Part shown: piece after piece, positions 52,714-64,000 of the stretch
Numbering within the stretch: the stretch's first letter is position 1
Layout: each line of letters begins with the position of its first letter
Assembly: GCA_037379345.1 (NCBI GenBank)
Contig: CM074519.1
Span: 24,888,103-24,952,102 of the forward strand
Direction: 5' to 3'
Source: Perna viridis
Taxonomy: Eukaryota
DNA length: 64,000 nt
Program-made: the position numbers and the translations under genes
Notes under the pieces: model-generated
Told to the model about the DNA's origin: nothing
Seen by the model: the letters and a program-made list of their open reading frames with translations, nothing else
Database searches by the model: none

Positions 52714-55490
52714 CCCCCTATTGTAGGCAGAGCTTATGTAAATCACAATACAGCAATCATAAACTCGGTGTAGTCACATGATCTGAATTCAGTGGATTGA
52801 TTGGTCAATTTTCGAAATACAGAGGACTGATTGGTCAATTCTGCAACCGTCATGGGAGTTCTAGCCAAGGATTCATTTAATGTATATTTCCGTCCAGTTG
52901 TGAAAATTGAAAGATACTGATAAAAACTTGAGCTTAAAATTGAATATCTAGTGTGAATGGTTAGAAAATTATTGGAACTACATTGAAATCTATCTAAACC
53001 AAACCTTTTTTGGACTGAAGGATTTATTCTGGTTAAACGGTTGTTGGTTTACATATATGCAGATACATTTTGAATATTAACACTGTGTATAGCTTTTGGA
53101 AGATGTCTGGTTTCAGAGTTTGGTTCAGACATATCATAATACATGTTTTTAATTTGAATGAATGGATTTTTTTGCCTTCTTAAATTATTCTTAAGTGCTA
53201 AGTGATGTAGCTTATACTGTAGCCAAGTCGGAGTAAATTTTGGAATCGTGCATGTATTTGTTTATATTTAAAATTTAAGGTGTTCATAACCATGACTATT
53301 ATCCCTTCAAAGGAAATTCTGTCCTTAGCAACAAATTTGTTATGTTTTATTTATTTTATGTTTAATTTCATTACTGTTTGCCCCAGCTCTCTGAACTATG
53401 TAAACCCATAAAATACCCAAATTATCTGTCTGTCTGTCTGTTTCGCTTATGTTACATATCTCATAGCTTATTCTGGTCACAAGTTTTTTTCTTTATATTG
53501 TAATAGATTAATCTGAGATAAATACTGTAATCTGATTGGTTAAAATAACTTTGTTATATCTCAATGGATAAAAAAAATATTGACACACCCTTATTCATTT
53601 AAATTCATAGCTACTTTTCTCATGTTTAAAGATAAAAATATGTTTTAAAATTAATCTATAAGAATTGGCAATAATAAAAATTTTGTCTATTGAAAAATAA
53701 CATAAATTTTCCATGTGCATATTTTGTTTATTGCATAATTGCCAATTCTTAAATGTGGCTTCAGTTTATCAAAACAAGGCTAAAATTCTTTGTTACAATA
53801 TATATTTTTGGTGAAATTTTGGTTTCAATAGTTGAAGTTTATAAATACAGATATGAAAAAATAGCTCATATTTTTAAGATAGAATAAGATCTTTAATGTA
53901 GTTTACACCTAAGTTTCCTCAACCATTCAAGCAGTTAGAAATATATCCAAAGCTGGTGCAGGTACGTGTATTGTGCACAAATTGTATTTCATGTACCAAT
54001 AATTATATAGTGTATGTCTTCTCTGAGGACTAGTCACTAGTGTTATGTTCATTTCTGTGAATGTGGAAATTTTACTGGGTTTGCTTTCTGTTTGTTTTTG
54101 TTTTTTGTTTGTTTTTCATGTTTTTTTGGGAGGGGGTAGCTTTCTCCATGGTCAGACTGATGTTCACAAAAGGATAAATGTCACAAACTTAAGCAGATCT
54201 TGTTTGTTTCTCCTCAAATAATTTCTATTTTCTTTTGAAAACCTTTTATTTCTTTGATAGTTATATTTTTTGCGACTTTTTCTCACATAAATAGAAATAT
54301 AGGAACCAGAATTATCCAGCCATTTTATTCCACTCACTATCGATAGCTACCTTGAAAGGCTTAGAGAATCAGAGATGATGAGGCCTGAATTATTTGAGTT
54401 AGAAATGTAGTGAAAAATGACCCTAAAATGCAAAATTTCCACTTTTACATTTCATATTTCTACATGTATGAAAAATGATTGTGTACCAGTTTATTTTTTG
54501 TTGATGAGAGTTATGAAAGATATTTATACTTGTTATTTATATTTATAAGTAAGAGAGAAATATTTATTATTTCATTGTTAATATTACATATTTTAACATA
54601 ACCAAGTCAAAACTGTGATATGAAAATAAATGAATCTGAAATGATTTTTTATTGGTCTTTATCTTCTCTCAAAGTTGTGGAAAAAAAGATCATGATATGC
54701 AAATTCAAAAAATGGTGTTGAAGGTACCATAACTTCTGAATAAAACATCACAATTTTACAAAAAAAAACAATGCAACAAGCAGAACAGTAATTAGAAAGA
54801 ATAGAATGCAGGGATAACAACTAGACCAACAAAAAAATAAACACACACAAAGAACTATAAGGTATACAATACACTTCCCCTTTTATATCCCCACCAAATT
54901 GCAGTCACTGTGCCTGTCCTTCCATATGTCCATTACTGTTTTCTGTAACAGACTTCTCAGCTTCTTGTGGGAGTGCTTAGATATTCAATATATTGCTTTT
55001 GCATTATGACCTGTACTGTGTTTCTCCTTTTTAGGTTCTTCCCTCATCTACTTCCTGTTTACTGATCAACAAAAATATTTTTTAGGTGATGCTTAATTGA
55101 AATTTCTTAAACAGATTTCTCAGCTGCTTCTATTGGAGGCAATGCTTAGTTATTTGGTCTATTGCTTTTTCATGAGGATGTACCATGTCTCCCTTTTTCA
55201 CATTTTTCATTCATCTACTTTCTGTTTACTGATTTACCTATTAATTTTTTTAGGATTTTTTTTGTTTTTTGCATACTGGAAATTTGGGTTACAGATTTCT
55301 CAGCTTTTACAGAAGTGAATGCTTAGATATTTGGTATATCATTTGTATGAAGACTTGAACCTTGTCTTCCTTTTCTGGGTCTGACAGAAATTGTTGAGTG
55401 GAGGTATCCTCATTGAGAAGTAGTGTGTAACATGTTGTTGTTTCAAGTTCCATAACTCTTAATCACATCCTAATGACACATGAGAAGTGG

Positions 55491-55544
55491 TTGATTGATT
55501 GAGTTTAACGCCCGAGCAGCGATATTTCAGCTATCTCCAGGTGA
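55491..55544 (-). mobile_element. Second copy of the same SINE 3' end
   Basis: Reverse complement reads cacctggagatagctgaaatatcgctgctcgggcgttaaactcaatcaatcaa. Confidence 0.75.
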
Positions 55545-57504
55545 AAGAGAAATGGAAATGAAGCCTTCTATTAAAACAACAAATATTTTCTTATTAAGTA
55601 AAAAAAATGCAAAATCTCTGAAAGCATTTTCCAGGTATATAATTGTGATGTGTGGTTGGATTAATAGTGGGACTAGGGTGTACTAATGTATCATAATGCC
55701 GAAAGGTGGGCAACATATACCCCTCGTAGAAAAGGGAAAGATAACTAACATCTAATATTTTGTTTAACAAACATAACATAAACATTTATATAATCTATTC
55801 TTTATTTGAAAAATTGTCAAAAAAATATAATAGCTACTATGAAACAGAACAAAATATCACAGGTATATTTATCAAATTATCACAGAAATAATATAAAGAT
55901 GGCCTCCCTGGAAAATCTCTATCCGTTCAAATTAAGGCCAGACTGAGGCAGGGGTTCAATGCACATTTTTTACAGCAGTTAAGAGGTTTAATAACTCAAA
56001 AGACCTGACAAGAAAACATCTAAGACAGAGATACAATGCACATTTTTCAGCAGTTGAGAGGTTTCATTACTTGTAGACCTGACAAGAACACATCAATCTT
56101 TCAAAAAATAAAATCTCCCAAGAAACTAAATTGGGTAACTTTCATAACATCAATTTCTGACATTTGTATGCCAGTTAAATCTTTGAATAAAAAACATTAC
56201 AAAGATCACTGGGATACTGATCAGATATCAAAGTCAGCAGAGTATGGCTGTAATAACAAGCCAAAAGGCACATATGCTGCTCATCTTCGGTAAATGGGAT
56301 GAAGTAAAAAAAAACACTGGATCTCGACTGAGGAAATTATATCTGAAGTAAATTTAATTCAAAAGGAAAGTATTACTTTGACAACAATTTATTTAGGCAC
56401 AAGCTGGTATAATAATAGGGTAATTTTTGTCTGTATAAAAAAATAATATCATTTTTTCTAAAAAAAAAAAAAACAAACAAAACCAAAATAAAGTTTCTGT
56501 TTGAATAAAAAAAAATCTTTTCTAAGCATTATTTAAAGCAGCATAGGACACTTGCTAAAAGGATCAATATCTTATTCTAGTCAGCTTTTTACATAACTTT
56601 TTTTTAATTCAACAGAAAAATTATACCTGAAGCTCAAAAGGAGAAAAAAATAAACAGTTTACCTGAATGTAAGACACATTTTTTTTACTAATTATAACTT
56701 AGTATTTAATATCAAACTTGTCAAAATACTAGTTCAATTAAGAGGTACATGTACATAATATATTTCATTAAAGTCACATATTCAGTTTATGTATAAAATA
56801 GAGGATAAAATAGAAACTTAAAGTTATATAAAGAAACAAGGACAACATTTATTTTAATGTATAATAGGATTACAGAATCATCATGTATGATAAATTGGAG
56901 TCGATTAAATTATTTTGAAATAGAAATCAGAAAAAATCGCAGAAACAGACCAACATTTGTTTTAAAAAATTAGCACAGGAATGTGACACAAGAAATAACA
57001 GTTTGGGGGAAGTTGGCAAAATGATTGTTAATATACAATAAAACATGTAGTTCCACAAGTTGTCATGCTAGGTATACCCCCACTGGTACGGGATGTTTGA
57101 TATCAGACAAAACCCAAAACTGCCTACAACATATGCCCTAATTATATAAAGTCACACACCAAATTTGACATCAATTTATCCATTGAGAGCTGACATTTTT
57201 ATGACATATTTAAAAAAAATAATTCTATCACTCCATATAGTATAAAATGAATAAGTTCCACCAAACAGTAAGTTATTATCAGACAGCACCCAAGCGTACA
57301 ACGTATGCCAAATCTATATAAATCTACTCACCAATTTCAAAATCCGTCCATTCATTGGGAGCAGAGATGGTTGTGAGGAAACTCAGACAGACAGAAAGAT
57401 GAAGGAACAAGGTGACTCAAATATACCATCCACTCGTTGAGGGAGGGTATAATATAGATTCTTAACAGAAAAATCTTGATATAAATAAATAACACAAATC
57501 AAGT

Positions 57505-58000
57505 AGGAAAACACACTCCTGTTAGCACTGAAGATTTGCAATACATTTAACTAGCACAGTATTTCATAGTAAATGCCAGTTACCAGTTTCATAAAACATC
57601 TCTAATTGAGATTTTCCTTAAATCCTTCCTCAACTGAAATTACAACCAAACAAATCACATTGAATTCAAGATTTAAAGAAAACTCACTTTGAGATTTTTT
57701 TTTAAACCAGGCCCAATAGACATTGTACATCAAACAGCCCTATCAAAAATCAGTTTTTGGAGGAAATCACATCCCTGTTAGCACTGAAGACTTGCAACAC
57801 ATTTAACTAACACAGTATTTCATAGTAAGTACCAGTTACAGGTTTCATAAAACATCTAAAATTGAGATTTTCCTCAGTCATTCTCTACACAAATTTCCAC
57901 CAATTAAAATTGAATATTGGAGAAAAACTCAGTTTGAGATTTTTGTATAAAACCATGCCCAGTATACAATGTACATCAAAAAGCTTTTTAAAAATCAGTC
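57505..58000. repeat. About 256-bp diverged tandem duplication
   Basis: cctgttagcactgaaga...catttaacta.cacagtatttcatagtaa starts at both 57518 and 57774. Confidence 0.85.
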
Positions 58001-58303
58001 TTTCATACATGATATCCTAAAAACAGTGTTCAACACCTTTTACATCTACATGCACTTTGTCTCCTCTTAAAATGTCAAAGTTATCTCCCCTGAACAATGA
58101 GTTTAACTTGGTTATCAGCTCCAGTGCAGTAAATACAAGCAAAATCTTATTGCCATGGAAACAATTACTGAATCATACATTAAATTTAATTCAACAAACA
58201 GCTATCATCTACTCTTTGTCAACTCACAGCAACTTTTCCAGAACAAAAATTAATGGTTGAACTACAATGTGAAATTTTTAAATCTACTACTGATGACAAA
58301 TAT

Positions 58304-58495
58304 CTAAGGCTTATAGTTGACCTTATGACCTTTGCTATCTGCCCAGTTTTTGAGGAGGACATCTTGTTGACTTAGTTGTTTTTCAAATTTAGTCACTAAT
58401 GTTTTGAGGTCTTTAATTGTTTTGTCTTTGTCCTTACATTCAATAAACAGTCTTTCAAGCTTGCTCTTAGAGTCACTACAATTTGGACAGGCACC
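58304..58495 (-). CDS. Distal terminal exon of an unidentified coiled-coil protein gene (GACPNC...KDKTIKDLKTLVTKFEKQLSQQD...YKP*)
   Basis: Minus-strand ttttacag| phase-0 acceptor, 63 codons + stop. CxxC then heptads; clear paralog of 62344-62541. Confidence 0.8.
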   Translation of the reverse strand, partial: GACPNCSDSKSKLERLFIECKDKDKTIKDLKTLVTKFEKQLSQQDVLLKNWADSKGHKVNYKP

Positions 58496-58529
58496 CTGTA
58501 AAAGAGAAAAAAAAAATGTTAATCTCCTA

Positions 58530-58645
58530 TCCTGTGATAAAAAGAGAGAAAATATATCAATAGGCATTATCCTGTGCTGAGATAAAAAGAGAGAAAATAT
58601 ATCAATAGGCATTATCCTGTGCTGAGATAAAAATAGAGAAAATAT
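58530..58645. repeat. 45-bp tandem repeat (about 2.5 copies) next to a minus-strand splice acceptor
   Basis: tcctgtgctgagataaaaagagagaaaatatatcaataggcatta repeated. Confidence 0.85.
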
Positions 58646-58736
58646 TCATTTATCAATAAGCATATCATATGCTGAGGTACATGTACATTTGCTAAGAATT
58701 TTACTCTGCTTTTATCAAATAGCTACTTTACAACAA

Positions 58737-59637
58737 AACAAGAGGCTTCCAGGAGCCTGAATTGCTCACCTTAATCAATTTTGCCTTTCAAAGACAATAA
58801 ATTAAACAAGAAGTTGTCCAACAATTTTGACTCAAGAAGTCTTTGGTAGGACTTATCACAAGATCTTTTCAACAATTGAAAGTTTCTTTTTATCTATCAT
58901 AGTTTTCAAGATATTGACTGAAAACTATTAAAAAGAAGTCATTTTTCCCCTTTGAAGGGCAATAACTCTTACAAGGAATCTGAAGACTTTTATAGTCCTA
59001 ATAATATGGATCATTTTAACTATTGAAAGAATTTGGATAAACCCAACGGTTTTGGAGATATATGTGAAAAACTAGTCTGACCCCTATGTTCTATTTTTAG
59101 TAATGGAGGCCATGTTTTTCGAGAAATCGAAAATCCCCACATCAGCTCTATGCAGGATACCCCAAGAAACATTCATACCAAGTTTGTTTTCAATTGGTCA
59201 AGTAGTGTTAGAGGGGAAGATTTTTGAAAGCAATAACATTAAAAATAGCAAAAATCGTTGAAAAAGGGCAATAACTTCAACATGGCTCAACGAATTAAAA
59301 CCAAAATATGACCAGAGATAGATCTCATCATGCTGAACACTTATACCCATGTCAACATTCAGCTAAACCTTACAGTTTAGGAGATATATGTTAAAAACTA
59401 CTGTCTGACCCCTATGTTCTATTTTTAATAACGGCGGCCATGTCTTTTGATGAATCAAAAATCCCCACATCAGTTCTACGCAGGATACCCCAAGGATCAT
59501 TCATACCAAGTTTGGTTCTAATTAGTCAAGTAGTTTCAGAGGAGAAGAGTTTTGTATAATTGTTAACGACAACGACGGACAACAGATGACGACGATGCCT
59601 GACGCCAAGTGATGGCAATAGCTCACATGGCCTTTGG
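58737..59637 (-). mobile_element. Non-autonomous Helentron-like element with internal satellite-like array
   Basis: AACAAGAGG...GCTCAC at one end, a (GAC)n-like microsatellite and ATAGCTCAC at the other, and an internal duplication of about 325 bp. This matches the general architecture of bivalve Helentron-derived repeats (recalled, not searched). Confidence 0.65.
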
Positions 59638-60019
59638 ATACCTGTTTAGATAGGATTTTTGCATTCTTATTGAAAATTTTCAAGTTTAAGATAGCAGAAG
59701 TACGGATTAGCAGAATGACATGCAAGTATTAGGTATGTACAGAATATTGATCAATAGGGCCTACAAAGTCACATCCTTTGACCAGTTGTTTCACAAGTAC
59801 AGATAATTTCATGTACAAAGCCTTGGAATAATAATAAGTTTGCCTCAATGTAAAAATAATCATTTTTTTAGTCAGTAATAATAATATGAAGGTTACTGAT
59901 TTAGTCAAGCAAATGATCATCATCTAAAATAGAAATGGTCATAGAGGAACATATTTATTTAGTACATATTACTACCCTACCCTCCCACCAAATATGAATA
60001 AATAAAAAAGCAAGTTTAA

Positions 60020-60230
60020 GGAGGCAGACCTAGGGTAAGGGACACAACTCTTACAAATCATTGGAATGTTTGTATTCACCATTTAACATCAAATCTCATG
60101 TAAGCATCAAAGTAACTTGGACTGATTTCATTCTGTTTCAAAGGAAAGCTTGAAAGGCTTTGGTAATTGAATATGATACAAACATATCACTGATTTCAAG
60201 AGTTATGTCCCTTACTCTAGGTCTACCTCC
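60020..60230 (-). mobile_element. Same TTAA MITE, copy 3 (inverted)
   Basis: Reverse complement of the internal sequence of copies 1 and 2, with TTAA flanks. Confidence 0.85.
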
Positions 60231-60799
60231 TTAAACATCAATCTTTATTTCTTGTACATATCTCTTTGTAATGCATAAATAAAGTACCAGTAAGTGTTAT
60301 TGATGAGAGCAAATAATGTGTGGAGCAATAAGAAATTGTGATAGACAAGTGACAAATTAAACAAATTTACTTGCTAGAAAATAGAACATTCTTGAATCTT
60401 TTTAAGTCCTTTGAAAATAAATGTCTATTGAACACTTTATTATCAAAGTGATTTTGGCTATCACTTAAAAATCAAATGTTTGTTGTAAGTAAATACAAAT
60501 TCTATTAAAAATGTTTTAAATCTTAAAGTAAGAGAAAAATCTGGATCTTTTTACAGGTCTAAAAAATTCACATATCAGGGGATACCTCTTGAATATAGCA
60601 TACTATACTTCATACTGTGCTTTCTGCAATAAAATATAACTATGGGGACTTATAATAAATTGGTTGCTATCTTAATTGTTAAAACTGACATATTCTTCAT
60701 CTGGGACTTCCCTTATTTTATTAGTGTAAAAAAATTTGCTATCTTATATGACTTGCTTCAAAGGCCTTAAGACAACAGCAATGGTAAAACTTTGATAAA

Positions 60800-61100
60800 C
60801 TTATGACCAATGTCATAGATGTATGACCATCTTATGACCAATGTCATAGATGTATGACAATCTTACGACCAATGTCATACATGTATGATCATCTTATTTC
60901 CAACATCATAAATGTATGACCATCTTATGACCAATGTCATAGATGTATGACCATCTTACGACCAATGTCATAGATGTATGATCATCTTATTTCCAACGAC
61001 ATAGATGTACAGCCATCTTATGATCAATGTCATAGATTTATGACCATCGTATTTCCAACGACATAATGTATAATCACTTATTTCCAAGGTCATAGATATG
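60800..61100. repeat. 31-bp minisatellite, about 10 copies
   Basis: Unit cttatgaccaatgtcatagatgtatgaccat. Confidence 0.9.
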
Positions 61101-62343
61101 CTTTACCAATGTTACAACAGAATTCTTTTCCAAAACAATCATCATTATATGAAACACATAGGTTGCATCTTTTAATACATATGAATAAATTTAGCTACAG
61201 CTCATGGTAAAATAATACCAGCCCATGGTCAAACAATGGTAAAATGGAGTTTCCATGATTTATTTCTTAATTATACTTCAGTATTCATTTCCTATATCAA
61301 ATCAAGTTTAATAATTTAACTGATTAATCGAAAAGGCCTTGTATGTCCTATTTATTCTACCTAGAAGATTTTGAATAAAATGATCCACAGTTCAAAGTTT
61401 GTGTGCAGAACAAGTTACAATACTTTACATCTGACTGTTATATTCTTCTCATTCTTAACTTTTTTCCATTTCAATTATTATCATATTCATTTTTTACTAT
61501 TCATTAATTCATAATTAATTGTCCTATTTTGTTTTCTTTTAACAATAATGAAAGTCAGATTCCAGCACTAATCTACTGAAAAATCATAATCCTAGCTCCC
61601 TCTAAAATACCACATATCACAATAATAAATGCATGCATATTTTTGAAATGAGAAGCACTGTAATTTTTTGGTATTCCCTACTTATAATGTAAACAGAATT
61701 ATCTTCCATTTACAGAGTTATCAATATATAAGGGCCTAAAAAAATTCTGTGTTTCCTGTAACATCTCCTTCAAAATCAGGGTCGGTAGGTAGGTTTGCAC
61801 GACATCGAAACCCACCAGCTTTGCTGCCTCTATTATGACACCAATGAATACTGAACATGTAATAGCCACGGCCATGTTGTTTTTTTTAATTTTTTAATGA
61901 AATTTGAACCTCTACATCAGAGGGCAAGGTGATTCTATTAAAAAACTGATGATGGAAATGCCGAAAATCCATTTTTTTTACATCATAAAAAAAAAATTAG
62001 GGTTGGCCTAATTAAAGGATTTTTGTTATGGCTAAATCCATTTCATCTTGCATCTGCCTCACTCTGTCTAACTCATTTATCTTTTGAGGATCAAAAACAT
62101 AAATTATAATAAAGTATGCGATTGTCTTCAAGTTGACATGTTTTCTAAAAAAAATCTAAAAAAAAGTGGTTATGTCCTATTTGATCAATACAACATACAT
62201 GACAAAAAGGAAGAAAATTCCTGCAAATGGGCGGTAACTCTGTGGCCCACAGTAAGGAAAAGATTATAAAAAGTGTCATGCTGAAGGAATCATGTGATAC
62301 CAAGAACAGTTTAGGATTACAAAAAGGAGAAGCACACAAAGAA

Positions 62344-62541
62344 CTATTTAAAGCTCAACTTTGATGAATTAATGCCACGTGAATTATCCACCATTTTCAT
62401 CAACTGTTCTTGTTGTTTTAATTGAGTTTGAAATTTTGTTACAAGTCCCTTAAGATCTTTTATTGATTTGTCCTTTTCCTTGCTTTCTTTTACAGCTGTC
62501 TCATATTTCTGAGTCAAATCAAAACAATTGCTGCATGCCCC
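62344..62541 (-). CDS. Proximal terminal exon of the same unidentified coiled-coil protein gene (GACSNC...KDKSIKDLKGLVTKFQTQLKQQE...SFK*)
   Basis: Minus-strand ttttcag| phase-0 acceptor, 65 codons + stop. No upstream exon was found in 62545-64000, so they probably lie beyond the window. Confidence 0.8.
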   Translation of the reverse strand, partial: GACSNCFDLTQKYETAVKESKEKDKSIKDLKGLVTKFQTQLKQQEQLMKMVDNSRGINSSKLSFK

Positions 62542-64000
62542 CTGAAAAATTAGCGAGGAAATCAAAGTTGTCCTTGAAAACACACACTTTCAAAGAAATG
62601 TTGTACAGTACTGTACATACAAATATAGGCTTGAATCTCATATGAAAATGTACTTTTTTTTTAACTATTTACACAGCTACATATTTCTAAGCTACTCTAA
62701 TATGAAATGATAATATGAAAATAAAAGAGAAATTATAATTTCACAAATATAAAGGAAGGCTAAATTTCTTCACACAGCCTCAGCTGAAGGAAATATTATT
62801 GTACAAATGGAGATATTGTATCAGTGATTTCCCTAGAGCCATTTAGCATCACATTGCCCTAATGCTATATTTTTTACCAGGTTGCTATCTGAAAAGAACT
62901 TTCAATAGGGTCAAATACAAATGTGATACTATAATTTTTAGGGTTACAAGGATGCTATCTGTAAATCTAAGGGAGAACACTGATTATAAGTTACACAAAG
63001 AAAGTTAATGTATATTTGAATATTCATGATGTTAATAATTCTAATCATGAGATTATTCATGCTAATAGCCGTTTTTTGATTGGTCGAGAACATTGTTGCC
63101 AGAAAGTTCATACATGCATATACTTTGCCAGATTGTTCATACATGCATGAACGCCAGTGAACTTAAAACCAATATGGCGGCCGTGTAGTTCGAAAGAGTG
63201 TGGCAACAGCATAATAAGAATAGTTTATTACATGCCTTCATCCATTCATTGAGTTTGGGAGCTCCGTGATCCGTTCATAAATGCATAAATGACCGAAAAT
63301 AGCTGTTCAATCCTACACACAATAAGCAATAAATATATTGTTTTTAAAAGTTTTGTAAAAACAGACAAAACAAAGAAATATGTGAGTGATGGATCACAAA
63401 TGATTCAATTACAAAAAAAGAAAAAGAAAAAAAGTCCATGATAAACAGGAGGTTGTTGTCAAATTTTCCTGAAAATGAATAGTTATGGCATAACTACAGG
63501 AATAATGATTTAAATTTCAAGCTCCTGTGATGAGTAGTTGCAGAGAAAAGTGTGGAGGAAAAAATTGTTACCTATGAACATACGGACAAGGGCAAAACAG
63601 TATACAGGTACACCCTTTCCTTCAGAGCGGGGGTATAATTAAAGCTGTTATCATTACAGAGACCATTTTACTAGGTCAACAAATTAAGTGGAAATTGGCA
63701 AAATTGGAAGTAAATATACAATAAAAAAAGAATCATAATGGTAAAATCCGGATTTGAAATAGCAGAAATCCACTAAATAATGGAAGAAAATCATACCCGT
63801 CATTGTAAAATGATATCAAATGCAGTTGATACTAAAGTAAATTTTACATAAACAAAACAATTATCAATACTATCTACATTTAATTCAATGAAGCCATACA
63901 GTAAAACTTGTTTAGATCATATCCTTTATAAATATTTTCTCATGGAGTGAGGAGACAATTTTCTGAAAACTTAATCATAAATTTTAAAAGTGTGTTTCCT

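Noticed and set aside
58149-58162. RFX X-box-like sequence attgccatggaaac (also gttacctatggttac near 28916)
   Set aside because: Both are mismatched and not at a plausible promoter position, so they cannot support ciliary RFX regulation from sequence alone.

Overview
AT-rich eukaryotic genomic DNA with GT-AG introns. The repeat landscape is most consistent with a bivalve mollusc (inference). Most of the window (about 4.4-52.7 kb, + strand) is one multi-exon kinesin gene, which I assembled by hand exon by exon with consistent splice phases. It has an intact P-loop (GQTGSGKT), switch I (NEFSSRSH), switch II (DLAGSE), [19 protein letters not shown] and KIF12-type motifs (VRWSKHKGFYVENL; LYAMLQEYMIENEALR), so it is a KIF12-like kinesin of about 650-800 aa depending on the first exon. 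The most striking feature is a 487-codon N/Q/S/G/R/P-rich ORF (27219-28682) inside the intron that splits the motor domain. It has a phase-1 donor at 28629 that splices in frame to the switch-I exon, predicting a roughly 907-aa isoform with no P-loop and a prion-like/disordered N-terminus. The gene also has two candidate 5' first exons (one with a PP1-docking KKVRF motif), candidate cassette microexons and a duplicated 5' splice site. A convergent minus-strand gene enters from the right and ends in two paralogous, alternative terminal coiled-coil exons (62344-62541 and 58304-58495). Non-coding DNA carries TTAA-flanked MITEs, pogo-like and Harbinger-like MITEs, Helentron-like elements, a TSD-flanked truncated SINE, two minisatellites and a long foldback. 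No prokaryotic features (CRISPR, rRNA, tRNA) were seen. All calls are by eye, with no database search.
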